A DNA stretch of 64,000 nucleotides, taken from contig CP075496.1 in assembly GCA_021613535.1 (NCBI GenBank), positions 8,742,001-8,806,000 on the forward strand. Reading direction: 5' to 3'. Shown piece by piece: positions 11,388 to 24,407 of the stretch; positions within the stretch are counted from its first letter, which is position 1; the number at the start of each line of letters is the position of its first letter. Both the position numbers and the translations under genes were made by a program. Under the pieces are notes generated by a model that saw only the letters and a list, made by a program, of their open reading frames with translations, did not search any database and was not told where the DNA came from. The stretch is from Adineta vaga (Eukaryota; Animalia; Rotifera).

Positions 11388-14178
11388 ATAGATTATGTTT
11401 TTAAAGACTTTTAATTGAAATAAAATGGATCATGTCTATTTTTATTTATTTATTTATTTCAAAATAAGTGATGGCAAAAAAAACATCAAAATTTCGTTCA
11501 CATTCTTTTCTTCAATGATCTTAATCAACGATGGATTTGTTCGAATTCATTGCTGAATGAATAGGTTCTATTGTGTGTTTTGTTGGAATCTTGTCTTTAA
11601 CATATCGATGTATTCTGACAACAAATGAAATGGTGTTTGCGAACATACTATTGTATTATAAAGATATCAAAAAGTTAAGAAATTATTCAGTAATCTTACT
11701 TGAAATAATGCTTATTGACGTAAAAACATATACTTGTGTCAATGCCTTTTTAAATGGCGGGATTATGAGTTAATCGGCATGGAAAAATAAATAATCTGAC
11801 AAAGGCTAAAAAAACCAAAAGAAGATTATTTATATATGAACATTAATTCAGAATTTCTTATAGTTATTGCTATTCTTTGTATATAATCATTGCATAATAG
11901 AATTCATTTGAAATATTCTGATTTTAATCTGAAGCAGTAACATGGGAAATTGTTCTTACCACAGATTTGTTTATTAGATGTTGTTGATTTCTACTACGAT
12001 GTATTTGCACAGTTTCTTTCTAAATGATGAAATCAATTCTTTCGTTTTTATATTAAAAAAACTCGATAAACACACGATTGCGTTGAATTTCATGGATGAA
12101 TATTCTACTCTATCAGAAGTCGAAAATCCGGATCTATCTAGAATTTAAAAAACTCACAATTATTCAAAGTTTCAAAACATATTTCTTACATTTTTGTACG
12201 TTGGTTGGCAATTGTGACAGTTTTAGTCGATAATGTCAGCTATTTTAGAAATATATTAGTGCTAGAATTCTGAACATAGTAATTAAATGAAGTACCTGTG
12301 TATTAAAATTGTTAGTAATGCTACCATTAATGTAATTGTAGGTTTAATTGAAGTCAGCGATTGGCTGTCTGTATTTTCCTCATCATAACTTGAGAAGAAT
12401 ATGAAAAAAACTATCACATCATTCGTCATTTTTCTCTGTTCAATCGAGCATTAGTATAATTATATTGGTAACATTCATTCAATTGTATTCGATTCAACGA
12501 AGATTATTTTCATGGATAATGGTCCGAGTTGTCAAAGCGGTGGATTAATTAGAATCATTGAAATAAAATTAAAATTAATAACCAACAATGCGGTGATCAA
12601 GCTGTTGATTTGCAAAGTGAATAACAGATGTATATAGTGACAAGTAACAATAATAGATCTTTGATTTGGTTGAAAAAAGGTTAAAAAAGCCGTGATTTTA
12701 TAGAACGATTCAGAAAATTTTTGGAATATAAGTGCAAAAGGTGAGGAAGAAGCAATGATTTATTAAATATTTCCAGATAAGAATATAAAACGAATGAAAT
12801 TTGAAATGCAACTATATGTTAATGGTTTTCGAGCGAGGCAACAAGATTGCTTGTATAGGATGGTTAATGCATTTTTAATTACTAACTAATGAATTTAAAA
12901 ACACTTCGTGAAGTTTACTTCTAAAATAAATATGAAACTTTTCAATTTAATTTCTAATTCATCATCGTAAATAGTTAGTAACAAATCACAAATGTATATC
13001 AAATGATCAATATAAGTAATTCTTTGACCTCCCCTAAGATAAAAACGGATAACGATATATAAACTCACATTTTGTAAAACATTCTTTCTTCAGAAATCAA
13101 ACTTTCATTATTATACTTACTCTTCATGATTTGAAATGATACCAATATGATTATTTATCACAAAATGGTTTGTCAGAATTGCAAAATATCATAAATTGCC
13201 CATTGATTCCATTTTTAAAGAAATAATTCTTTGTAAATACTTCAGTAAGAAATTGATATTCGTATAATTGTAATAAAGAATCATTGCTTACTATTGATGT
13301 AAGATAAAGCCAACAAACACTAGCACTTGTGTGTACATAAAACGATGACAATCAATGATGGTAGATAATCAGAACACTAGCTAAAATTTAAATTCAATAT
13401 GAAATAACAGACGAAAAGTATGAATACCATGTTTCGAAATATTTTATATAGTTGCTGTTCATATATTCTTGGTTTTGCTATGATACCATAGAAGATGAGG
13501 CCCGAAATAGTATAGATATTGACGTTCAACTGGCTGCAGTTGTGAAAAGAATATGAATACGAAAAGAAAAGGATATTATACGATACGCTTGAGAGATCAC
13601 ACACAAACGATAGTTTAATAAAGAAATATATTTCTATTCAATGTAGAAGAATAACAAAAAAAAATGTTATTCATAGCCTTCAATATGAGGACAATTGGTT
13701 TATTGTTGATCAGATTTCAAACGCATGAGAATTCAGTTTGAATAAAGCTAATCATCGTCATCTGAATTCAACACGTCGTTATTTTATATTTTATCATATC
13801 GTACAATTCATTGTTCTTTCAACAAAAACTTATTCTCATTTTTGTTTTGATAAAATTGATTGTCTAGGTTATGGATTTGATTTCGTCAAACACTTGAATA
13901 TAGACAATAAATTGTCATGTGATGTTTTCTTTTCGATCGTATTTTTCAAATATAACATTCACGTTTTCAATGAAACGATATATATATTTGAGAAGTATAA
14001 CGAAGTACTCACGTACTCAAATTGCAATTCTATGATAAGGAAAAAGTATGAGAATGGATGGATTATAAATATTTACAGATTCTTTTATGATTTTTCTATA
14101 TGTATCTGGTAAAAGTAAGTATGAAAAAAGAGTCTCATTTTAGTTTTTATTGAGAGATTAGCTCGATAATTCATTGTT

Positions 14179-16193
14179 ATGAATTATGCAAAGACACATA
14201 ATGAAGATATTCTACGTCGTGCAAATGTACGTTTATGTCGATTGTTTACTTGGTCAAATTATAATGGATACGGTTTTCAATTGAAAAAATGCATACGACC
14301 ACCTCATCTTATTAACTTAGTGGAATCGAATAGTCCAGCAGCAATCGGTGGTTTGAAAATCTATGATGTTCTTCTTGCTATTAATGATAAAAATGTGTGT
14401 GATATGAGATTTACTGATGTAGTCAATTTTATAAAATCTCTTCAAAATTCTTTTCATTCAGTGGAATTACTTGTCGTAGAACAACATATTTATAAAATTC
14501 TCAAAAAGAAAAATATAACAATTGATCATTCGATAGTAAAGATAATTACTACTCCAAGGGTAATGCCAAAAGAATATATGGATTTTTCTGAAAGTATTCC
14601 ACGTACATGTCTTATTTATCTGAAATCGAAAGAGATAGAATTTGGTTTTGATATTATCAATGGGAATGATGATATTGGTTTATTCATTCAAGAAGTCCTA
14701 CCAGATTCACCAGCTTACAAAGCAGGCTTACGAAAAAGTGATCGAATTATTGCACTTGATGGTCAATGTGTCGAACATGATTCCAGTAAAATTTTAATTG
14801 AAAAATTACATAAAGCTGCAAGTCGCAGAGTTTTTAAACTCTTGGTTGTGGACACGAGCATACCTTCTAATTCTCAATTACACGATTCAAGTAAGAGGAA
14901 TTAGTTTAATTTATTTCTGTCTGGATTTTATTTTTAGACATTGATCAGGAAGATTCGTATACTGTTGATCGGATAAAATCAGATGAAGAATGTCATTCAT
15001 TAAATGAACAGAAATATCGAATCTATTCTCAAAACGATTCATCAAACTTCAATGATGATAATGATGATCATTGTAGGTTTTTTTAAATAATGTACATCTA
15101 TTCAATACGTATTATATCCAATTATAGATATTCCATTTTTTAATAAAAAATTAAATAATCAATCAGAAATTGAATATGATCATTGCAATCCAGAAGAATC
15201 TCCAGTAGATGATTTATTGCATGGTCAAAAATTTACAAAGACAAAATCAAAAGGACTGTTATGGGAAGAAGAGGATAAGTCTGATTATTTAGAACCATCG
15301 ACCACTGCATCACAACATAATGGTAATGATATGTACAAAGCAAATCAACGTTTTTTCGATGTGCATCATGAACCATTAGTAATGATGTTATCGTAAGTTT
15401 GTTATTGATAATTACTAAGTTATGTGTATATATCTTGACAACAATTCTAGAATTGAAGGCTATGAATGCACACCACTATTACCTTTGTCACTAGCGATTG
15501 AAAATTTGAAGAATCATGTACGTAATATAAAACGCAATGCTTGGATTGCATTAGAAAGAAGTATCCAACCTACAGATGACTTAACAGCTGATGAATCGGC
15601 TGCAATACAAATTTATACAATGGAAGGAAAACCGGGTTATCCATCACTATCGATGCAGCTCAATGTTGCACTAAGATCAGAAGATCGAGATAGACTTGTA
15701 CCATACTTTCCTTATTTTAAACTGCTTCTAACAGCGCTTTGGAAATTGAAATCTACGACCCGCATTGTATGGCGTGGTGTCAATGGTGATGTTAGGAAAC
15801 AATATTCAATCGGTAAACTATTTGTTTGGTGGGGATTTAGGTAATAAAACTGAATAATCTAGCAAACAACATATCAAATTCCTAATATATATATAATCTT
15901 TTTATTTCAGTTCCTGTATGGAATCTCGTGACGTACTTTTATTAAATAAATATCTTGGTATAAATGATCTTCGAACATTATTCAGTATCGAAAGTACAAA
16001 TGGAAAAATGATTCATTCTCATGCATATAACAAAACTGAAAACGAAATTTTATTCCTACCTGCTACACAATTTCAAGTTATTAAACATGAAAAATTCGAT
16101 ACTAATGTCTATATAGTTCATTTGAAAGAAATTTCACTATTTGATTCAGATTATTCATCAATATTACCTGCAGTCAATAAAACGAACGATTAA
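14179..16193 (+). CDS. PDZ-PDZ (NHERF-like) protein fused to a C-terminal R-S-E ADP-ribosyltransferase; 5 exons
   Basis: PDZ motifs GYGF..SPAAIGGL and FGF..SPAYKAGL. Introns 14891-14937, 15074-15127, 15393-15450 and 15841-15910 keep one frame. ART motifs VWRGV, WWGFSSC, ENEILF. Confidence 0.85.
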
Positions 16194-16478
16194 ATGAAAA
16201 ACAATTCATAGTTCACGATCAAAGAGTAAGATATGCAAACTCTAACTGAAGTAATGGAGATAGATTATATTACACGTAGATAATAATCAATCAAAACTGA
16301 CTTATCAACCTATTTTTCGTCGTAGAATGTAAAAAAAACATGATGACGAAACTTATCCTTCTCACATGATTATCATACTGATCTATTTCTAAAGAAGATT
16401 TTCATCTTATACTCTAAAATAATCATTCATCAATTAAAAGATTAACACATGCACTTTGTCGACAGTTTCATTTATAAA

Positions 16479-17558
16479 TCAATCAGATAATCTTATAGTA
16501 CTAATAACAACGTTCATATTTTCATGTCTTTCATTGTCTTTATCCATACAGTTCAGTCTATTTCTTTCATCTTGTGTTGCTATCCAATCTTTTCCAATTA
16601 ATTTATAAAATATCCGTTTTAGATCGCATCGAAACGCTTTTGATATAATAACAAATACGAAGAAGCTTGTTGAATATGATGTATTAAAAAGAAAAGTAAC
16701 CAATTTGTCTACAAAATTTAAAATAGCTAATTCCAAATTTGTTCGTAGTTGATCTTTTGTAATGCCTGCATAGATATAATAAATGATGACTAACGTACTA
16801 AATACAATAAAAATAACATCTTGAACGAATAAACAACGAAGTAATTGAAAATCTTTTTTTGTCATCGCACGAATTTCAGTACGTCTTCCATGTTGAAAAG
16901 TTCGTATGTGTCGAACATTTTTAAAAGCAAATAGACATAAAATAATCATTAAAAGACAAAATGTAATATTGATAACACCTAATGAATAAGTAACAAAATC
17001 ATAATACCATTTTGGAAAATTATAAGTACAAGAAAATTCTGAAGGATTGATTTCATAAATATTCATTTGAATGAGAACATGCGTATTGAAAAGGATCCAA
17101 AAGATCGAACTTGTACCGATAGAAAAGTAAGCTAAACGTTTCGAACTATATAATCGTGTATCAACATTTTGAGATGAAATTAATAAACGATCGATCGAAG
17201 CAAGAATGAGAACAGTTGGTGGAAGGGTACTAAGGAGAAACGATGTATAATATAGAAGTTTACATAGGATAACACTAGAATTTTGTAAATAAATATGAAA
17301 ACCAAAGTTAAAAATTGCTCCGAAAATAGTTGAATTCAGATAGCAGGTATTCAAAATAAGACAAACTTTGAAATATAAAACACAAACATTTTTCTTCCAT
17401 GATTTTCTCATGAATACTAATGCACTTAATATATTTCCGATATTACCCAGTAAATAGAATATGATGAGAATATATCTATTAAGATAAACTACGCCATTGT
17501 TTAGATTATTTATATGATAGTCATCATTGAATGTGCTCATTTTGAAAAAAATCTTCAC
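16479..17558 (-). CDS. Orphan class A (rhodopsin-like) GPCR
   Basis: Seven hydrophobic segments; GNIGN in TM1, LCK..SIDR in TM3, FFVF..SKAFR at TM7/helix 8. Confidence 0.9.
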   Translation of the reverse strand: MKIFFKMSTFNDDYHINNLNNGVVYLNRYILIIFYLLGNIGNILSALVFMRKSWKKNVCVLYFKVCLILNTCYLNSTIFGAIFNFGFHIYLQNSSVILCKLLYYTSFLLSTLPPTVLILASIDRLLISSQNVDTRLYSSKRLAYFSIGTSSIFWILFNTHVLIQMNIYEINPSEFSCTYNFPKWYYDFVTYSLGVINITFCLLMIILCLFAFKNVRHIRTFQHGRRTEIRAMTKKDFQLLRCLFVQDVIFIVFSTLVIIYYIYAGITKDQLRTNLELAILNFVDKLVTFLFNTSYSTSFFVFVIISKAFRCDLKRIFYKLIGKDWIATQDERNRLNCMDKDNERHENMNVVISTIRLSD

Positions 17559-17933
17559 TATTGAGATAATGATATGTTGTTGAATTTCTATTATATACTT
17601 GAGCTATTAATTATTTTCCTTTAGAAGTCATTTTTAAACCGATAATGAAAAATTAATGTTGATCGTCTTACTAAAATCTTATTTACTGCTCCTGTTTAGC
17701 CTCATCACTTGATCTTTGCGCAAGCTTAGAAAACGGATATGCATAGTTTTATCCAATTAAGTACCTCGTAAATCAATATCAGCTATTTAAAATATTAGAA
17801 TTAATATTCTTCAATAATAGATGTTACATGATTCACTATAAATTTCAATGAAATTTTCTGGTTAATGATGTATCTAGATTAACAATCATTCACTGATGAT
17901 CGATAAATACAAAAGAAAATGTGATTTATAATG

Positions 17934-18591
17934 TTAGTTATTGATCACTTTCTCACTACCAATCTTGTCGAGCAGGATGATAAGAATTTTTGTTCTTTTT
18001 ATCAATTAAATGGACCAAAATTTCTAGAAAACTGCAGATCAACATAAAACCAATAATACCGAACGCGATACAGAATGTGGCCAAATAACCATGTCCACTG
18101 GGTAAATTTGGTATAACCGAATCAATTTTCGACGTATGATAGAAACATGTATAGTTGTTACCAATCTAAATTGTAGTCAAAATTATTATACCCATTTGGG
18201 TCACTACTCATTCCCACTCAAAAAGAAAAACAGAAATTTCTGCTATTATAAAATATCTTACGTTCATATCATCATTACAAGATTGACCATATATTTGACC
18301 AAGAGTTTCCGTTGTTATTTCAGTTCCATTAGAAATAAAATATACTACCGATAGATATTCATTCCAACACGACCCTTTTCTTCTACATATATGAAGACCT
18401 GTTTCGGTTTTCATATAAGATAAGTATTCATGTGCAGCACATGTACGATTTATCACATGACAGGTTGTCTTTACATATAGACGAGATATATCTTGAGTTT
18501 TTACATACATAACAGTACCATACAAACCCACAACGATCATGGTGAAAAATAACCATATACAAATTAAAGCGTCACGTTCAGATGAAGCCAT
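17934..18591 (-). CDS. Two-TM protein with Cys-containing extracellular loop (BK-channel beta-subunit-like topology)
   Basis: TM1, then TTCHVIN...; intron 18166-18261; exon 2 reads IGNNYTCFY followed by TM2; stop at 17934. Confidence 0.6.
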
Positions 18592-19150
18592 TCTATGATC
18601 CTAAGTTTTTATATTGAATAATAATTGTTTATATGAATGTAAACAAATGACGACTATCCGACAGTATTATTAATACCTTTCTGTGCATGTCTTTATCATA
18701 GGTCAAATTACTCATCAAAATAGATTAAGTTGGAAGAAATGTGAGATTATCGTAGACCAAGAAGGAAATGTGTTTCATTCTTTCAATAGTTTAATGTTTG
18801 GTCTGATTAATTTCTATTGTTCTGTATTCATTCGATCACTTAAAATATATACAAGTTTGACTATAGTATTTGTGCGTATAGATGCTCATACAATTATTAA
18901 TTACCGATATCAAGATCATATCATAGTAGAATAAATTTTGAATAAAAAACTATAACGTGCAAATACATTCTCAATTAGACTATGGGGAGAAAGAAAGATA
19001 AATATGATTGATTCAAATGACATTATTCATCTATTGTTTGATTTCAAAAAGATTGATCTTTTATTTTACCAGAAATAGCTCGTTTGATAAATTAGATTGA
19101 TTAAAATGTCCTATAATTATATGAGATATGATATGTCCGATTGTTAATTG

Positions 19151-19807
19151 TTAGAACGAGCAGCATTTGCATACATATTGAGACCTTCATCTAGAAGACC
19201 AGTCAGACTCTTTCTAGCGAAGAGTTGTCGTTCACTTATTTCAAATGGATGAGGCTCAGGTGTCTTTCGATGTAGTAAAGGTCCATTGAAGTGTTTCAGT
19301 TCTGCCTGAAAAAGAACAAAAACAGAGAGTTGATAGAATTTTAAATACAGTTACTTACTCGTCGAGCAAGTTGCATTATGCAATCTGTTACTTGAGGAAT
19401 ATTACGTTTTTCGTAAAGATCAACTGTTTGAAATAGATCTACATCTAATAAACCGTATGCACGAGCCGCATTTTCTATTTCAAAGATTTAACTATAGTTA
19501 CAATTATGATTTTCAAAGCTATTTAACTTACGAAACAACGATATATTCTCTCGTAAGATAAATCCTGTTCCTTTTGTAGCATATTTCGGAATAGAATTTG
19601 GTTCAAGTTTATTCATCAATCTTTGTATAATGTAATAAAAGATAAAAACAAAATCATAATCAATGATTGAAAATTAACATACTTGCATAAAATGATACCA
19701 TCTGTAAGGGCATCTTCATAGGAATCTTTCGGAAATTTTTCACCGATGACTGTTTCAATCCATCTTTGTGCTTCTTTGTCAAGCTCTGGATCGCGTTTTG
19801 TCGCCAT
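19151..19807 (-). CDS. Calponin-homology protein of the transgelin/Mp20/myophilin family; 4 exons
   Basis: EAQRWIETVIGEKF..L.DGIILCK/LMNKLEPNSI; DLFQTVDLYEKRNIPQV across three short introns. Confidence 0.88.
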
Positions 19808-20832
19808 CTGGATAAATGAGATACATATATATATATATAGGCGTGTGTCAAAATGATGACAGTTACAATGCCAAGAAAATAGAAATATTTTCGTCAATAA
19901 CAGTTAGACAATACTCTCAGCAAAGTGATGACAAACTTTGTTTATCGCGCGAATGAGTCTTTATTATAACAGCATATGAAAAACTACTTATATATAATGG
20001 TTTTAGAATCAAAACGATCTACTTCGAAGTTTTCTACAAAGCAAAAAAATCAGCGACTACAACTGACGTCTCATTTTGAACATGCAATGATCAAATGCCT
20101 TGCTTACCTTTGCTAGATTACTAGCAAGTGTTCCATATGATGGTCCATAATTAGCCATTGTCTTCAATCAGTACAAATACTACCACAATCGAAACAACAG
20201 AAAAATAATAGTACGACGTCTATGTAACTATTGTCTATGTATATATGCACTGTCGTCAAAACAAGTAGCTATGCGAAAAGAATACAACAAGAGAACCTTC
20301 TCCACTGATAATATATACTGATTAATTTTCTTTTTTTTTGGTATTGTATGGGCGGGTGAGAGACCGAGAGAAAGAAAAAATGAATCAACGCGACTTCCGC
20401 CATACAACCATGATAGAGACAAATAGAATCATGTATATGTTGCAACATACACTCGTTTTCTTTTGATGCATACATGATATAGTATTACTAACAAGTATAT
20501 TGTTATTTGAGAGTTATCCATTTCAATTAAAAACTAGAAATAAATATAATTGGAAGTTCTATGCTATCTTCCATCTGTAAATATCATATCGTTTGTCATT
20601 TATAACAACAAAAAAACAACATACATTATTTTATCTATTTCCTATTTGATACATATTCGAAGATATAGTTAGATATAATTTTAAATTTTAATGACAACAT
20701 ACTACGTCATTCTATCCTGAGATAGAAGTTCTTATCTTAAATCGTAAGATTTGTTCTTGCACAACATTGATGCAATATCTTATCTACATGTATATAAATA
20801 TCTAACTACGAAATACAAGATTTCATTTTAAA

Positions 20833-22841
20833 ATGTTGTTCCTTTTATTTCTACTTGTTAGTAATACATTTTTCAGTCAAGCAGCGATTCTTGAATGTGA
20901 TTTCGAGACATCTTGTAATGATTTTTCTACAGATTCAAATTGGGGTTTAACAAATGGTTTAAATCCTCAACCTATTGATCATGATCATACCTTAGACAAT
21001 AGTTCTGGTCATTATATTTTTTACAATCCACAAGATACAGGATTTCAAATAGCTGAAATAAAAACAAGTGATTGGTTGGAGTTATCTAATAATCGAACTG
21101 TTTGTTTTCGAATGTGGTATTATACTCCTCGTATCAATCTTCCATTTTATATACAATTGATACAAGGGGATGATGAACAATTAATACGTGTAATTGATTC
21201 AATTATAGGAAAAGATCCTTCGACGAATGATTGGGCTTTAGTTAATATAACATTACCGAGTGAAAAATTTAAGATAGCTATTCGATTGAATACTACAGGA
21301 CGGCCGTTGGCATTTGATGATATCTCTGTTGATTATTGTGATGAATCACATCCTCCACCACCTTCAAAAGTTCTATATCAATGTAATTTTGAATCATCTT
21401 GTTCAGATGATTTTGTTTCTCTACCTGCCTATCCATATCAATGGTCGATTTTAAAAGCAAGTGATGCAATTCAAATAGAAAATCAAGCGCCCAAAACTGA
21501 TTATACATTTGATAATAGTTCAGGTCATTATGCAATATTACCTAATTCAAAACAATTTGTTAAAGGCAAAGTAGGCTATCTTCATTTACAATCAGAATTG
21601 AATATTACATCCGAAGAATCTTATTGTTTAAATTTGTATTATTATGCTTTTGGACGATCCTATGCCAGTGATTTAAACGTTTATTTACAATTATCAAATG
21701 AATCTAAAATAATTCAAAGAATATGGCCACTTAGACCTGGTAGTTATTACACGTAAGTACTATTAAAATGTACATCATATGATCTTTCTTTCTTTTTTTC
21801 TTCTAGATATAACCGTAATCAATGGTAAGTTATGGTTAAAGATGACATTTAAAGGTAATATATATATATATATATATCTATTGTTTATGTCTATAGGACT
21901 TGGGGTATTATCAATTTACCTATTGGAGAATATACTCTTCTCTTTCGTGCTGATTCTACAGATGTGATTCCACTCTCATTTGCTCTGGATAACATTGCTA
22001 TCCTATCATGTGCATATCCTTCAACTGAACGTAGTTCCTATGAAAATCTTCTTTCATTTTCATGCACATTTGATGATTTGACTATGTGTAATATGATAAA
22101 TGATGCAGATACAAGTGTTTCTTCGAGATTTAATTTTACTGTATTTAACGGTGAAACATTACCAGATAAAGAACTAGGTCCTAGTCGAGATCATACAACG
22201 AATTCAACAACAGGTGGTTTTCTTTACTGGAATCGAAACTTACCATTTACTGCAAAAGACGTAGGTCGAGTCTATCAATCAACATCAATCGCACAAAATC
22301 TTGGTATGTGTGTTAAATTTTCTTATTATGTTAAATCAGCAACAGTGAGAAAGAATGGAACACAGATATCATTATCAGCTGGTGGATGTTACGGAGCATC
22401 CTTGTGGTTCGGACATTGGACAATAGTGAAGGTTGGCAAACAGTAATTATTCCTGTATTAAATCTTGCATGTGCTGAAAAATACTATTTTGATGTATATC
22501 AAACTCTACCAATAGCTGTATCTGTTGCTTTTGATGATATTGAAATCGATCAATGTACTTCTCTTACACCAACAACTACGAGTACAATAACATCAACAAC
22601 TACACTTTCAACCAGTACAAGTAGTTCTCGTACTTCTGTTGTTTCATCGTCAACAACACAATCATCTTCTTCGATTTCAACAAAAACTACTACGACAATG
22701 ACAACAGCAACAACAACAACTTCAATACTTGTCAGTTCTACTACGACAAGAGTAGCAACAACTACAAATAATGCCTATCGACTATTATCTTCGATGAATA
22801 TCTATTGGATGATTATTTATTTTCTTTATCGATTGATTTAA
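20833..22841 (+). CDS. Secreted or GPI-anchored protein with three MAM domains and a Ser/Thr-rich stalk (1-nt frameshift near 22408)
   Basis: Signal peptide; three CxFE/D..DHT..G.Y..C..F.YY..A.D.I units; introns 21753-21806 and 21825-21896 flank an 18-nt exon; hydrophobic C-terminus. Confidence 0.88.
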
Positions 22842-22946
22842 ACATTTTTGTTTTCATAATACAATTTATTTTTATTGATATAATTATGTTACAATAAATG
22901 ATCTTTTTTTTTACAAGTTTCTAGTTGATATTTTCTTCGCAAATTA

Positions 22947-23963
22947 TTAAGCTAATTGTAAACGAATTTCATCATTTGCACCATATAATCCAATATAAAG
23001 TACCCATGGAAATGGACATTTGATAATTGATACATCAATTTCATGTGTCATTGCTAATGTTTCATTTGTTAATTGTATTTTATTTTGATCACAATCAATC
23101 AATAATTCAATAATATGCTGATTAGCCATTTCACATTTGAAACCATCATATTGATGATGATGATTTCCATTTAACCAAACTTGATGATGACCTGCCCATC
23201 CATAGACTGTAGGTGTTTTATACAAACTTGATTGTAAAGCCGTATTTTTTGATATAATACCAAAGAATACCCATTTAGGTATACCTAATTGATAGATATG
23301 AAAACGAAATTGATATCTACCAGAAAAAAGTTCTTGTTTGCCACGAATTGTTGCATCACCACTTGTTGGTCCATGTAAAATTTTGTGAATATCATCATCC
23401 GAATGAATATCTCCAATTGATTGATGAAATGTATCAATCGATATATGATGAATACTTATTTTATTAATAAATGCATGTGCATAATCATCTTGTCGAATAT
23501 TGATTGTTTTTGGTGTACGATAATCTTTTTTTAATTCCATGAATTTTTCTAACCAGATTTTCATATCATTTTCTATACAATTGTTTTCTAGACGAGCTTT
23601 ATTTATTTGTTCACTTATTTGTCGAAATGTTTCATGCATATCAATCGTATATTTAGTAAATGCAAGTTTAAATTGATGTCGAATTTCTTTTGCTGTTTGT
23701 TGAATTTTATTGATTGATTGTTGTTCCCAATCATCGATTTGTTTCATTAAGGAATGATTGGAAATTCGTTTGGTATCATCAAATAATAATTTTTGAAGTT
23801 GATCATGATATAAATAAACTTTTTCCATTTGTTTTATCAATCGATCTTGATGTTTTATGGAATGACGTTTGCAATAGGATTTTCCACAACCATCACAAAA
23901 TGTATTACTAGAAGAATTACATGTCACTGAACAGGATAACTTTTCTGATAAGATTGACGACAT
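22947..23963 (-). CDS. RING-less TRIM-like protein (B-box, coiled coil, SPRY-like)
   Basis: C..C..CDGCGKSYCKRH..H; FFGIISK, VYGW, LLIDCD, CPFPW; homologous to the 6325 and 7911 genes. Confidence 0.85.
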   Translation of the reverse strand: MSSILSEKLSCSVTCNSSSNTFCDGCGKSYCKRHSIKHQDRLIKQMEKVYLYHDQLQKLLFDDTKRISNHSLMKQIDDWEQQSINKIQQTAKEIRHQFKLAFTKYTIDMHETFRQISEQINKARLENNCIENDMKIWLEKFMELKKDYRTPKTINIRQDDYAHAFINKISIHHISIDTFHQSIGDIHSDDDIHKILHGPTSGDATIRGKQELFSGRYQFRFHIYQLGIPKWVFFGIISKNTALQSSLYKTPTVYGWAGHHQVWLNGNHHHQYDGFKCEMANQHIIELLIDCDQNKIQLTNETLAMTHEIDVSIIKCPFPWVLYIGLYGANDEIRLQLA

Positions 23964-24407
23964 TAAGATCTAGTAAATGAATGAAATGAAAAGAGAATTA
24001 AAGTAGGCTTTTCTTTTATACTCCGAGAAAAAAGAGAATGTCATTTCTGGTAATGGAAAAAGGAAATATAATCATCACTAAGTCCTTAAAAGCGGAAAAA
24101 AAGAAGTGACATTATACTCGTGTTGAGATATCTGCAGGTGAAGGAAAATCACGCTTCAAATGTAATAAGAAAAAGAAAAACATTTCTCAAAAAGTCTTCT
24201 TATCAGATTAGACATCATCTCACTCTTATATTACTACGCGATGGCATATTTTTTTGTCTATAAATATTAAAAAATTAGTTTATTCAAAAAGAAAAGCATG
24301 ATTTTATGTATGAAGTATTATTTATGACAACTTGTCGAATATCATTTCGTTGTTAGATGGTTAATCATTTGATATGATAAAATACAAAAAACAGACGATG
24401 AATGCTC

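Noticed and set aside
11520-13600. Possible multi-exon minus-strand gene
   Set aside because: Splice-like signals and short frames exist, but I could not build a stop-free model or recognise a domain.
22947-23963. SPRY protein supplying the missing PRYSPRY domain to the MACPF proteins in trans
   Set aside because: Only proximity supports it, and this gene family is dispersed, with other copies at 6-9 kb.
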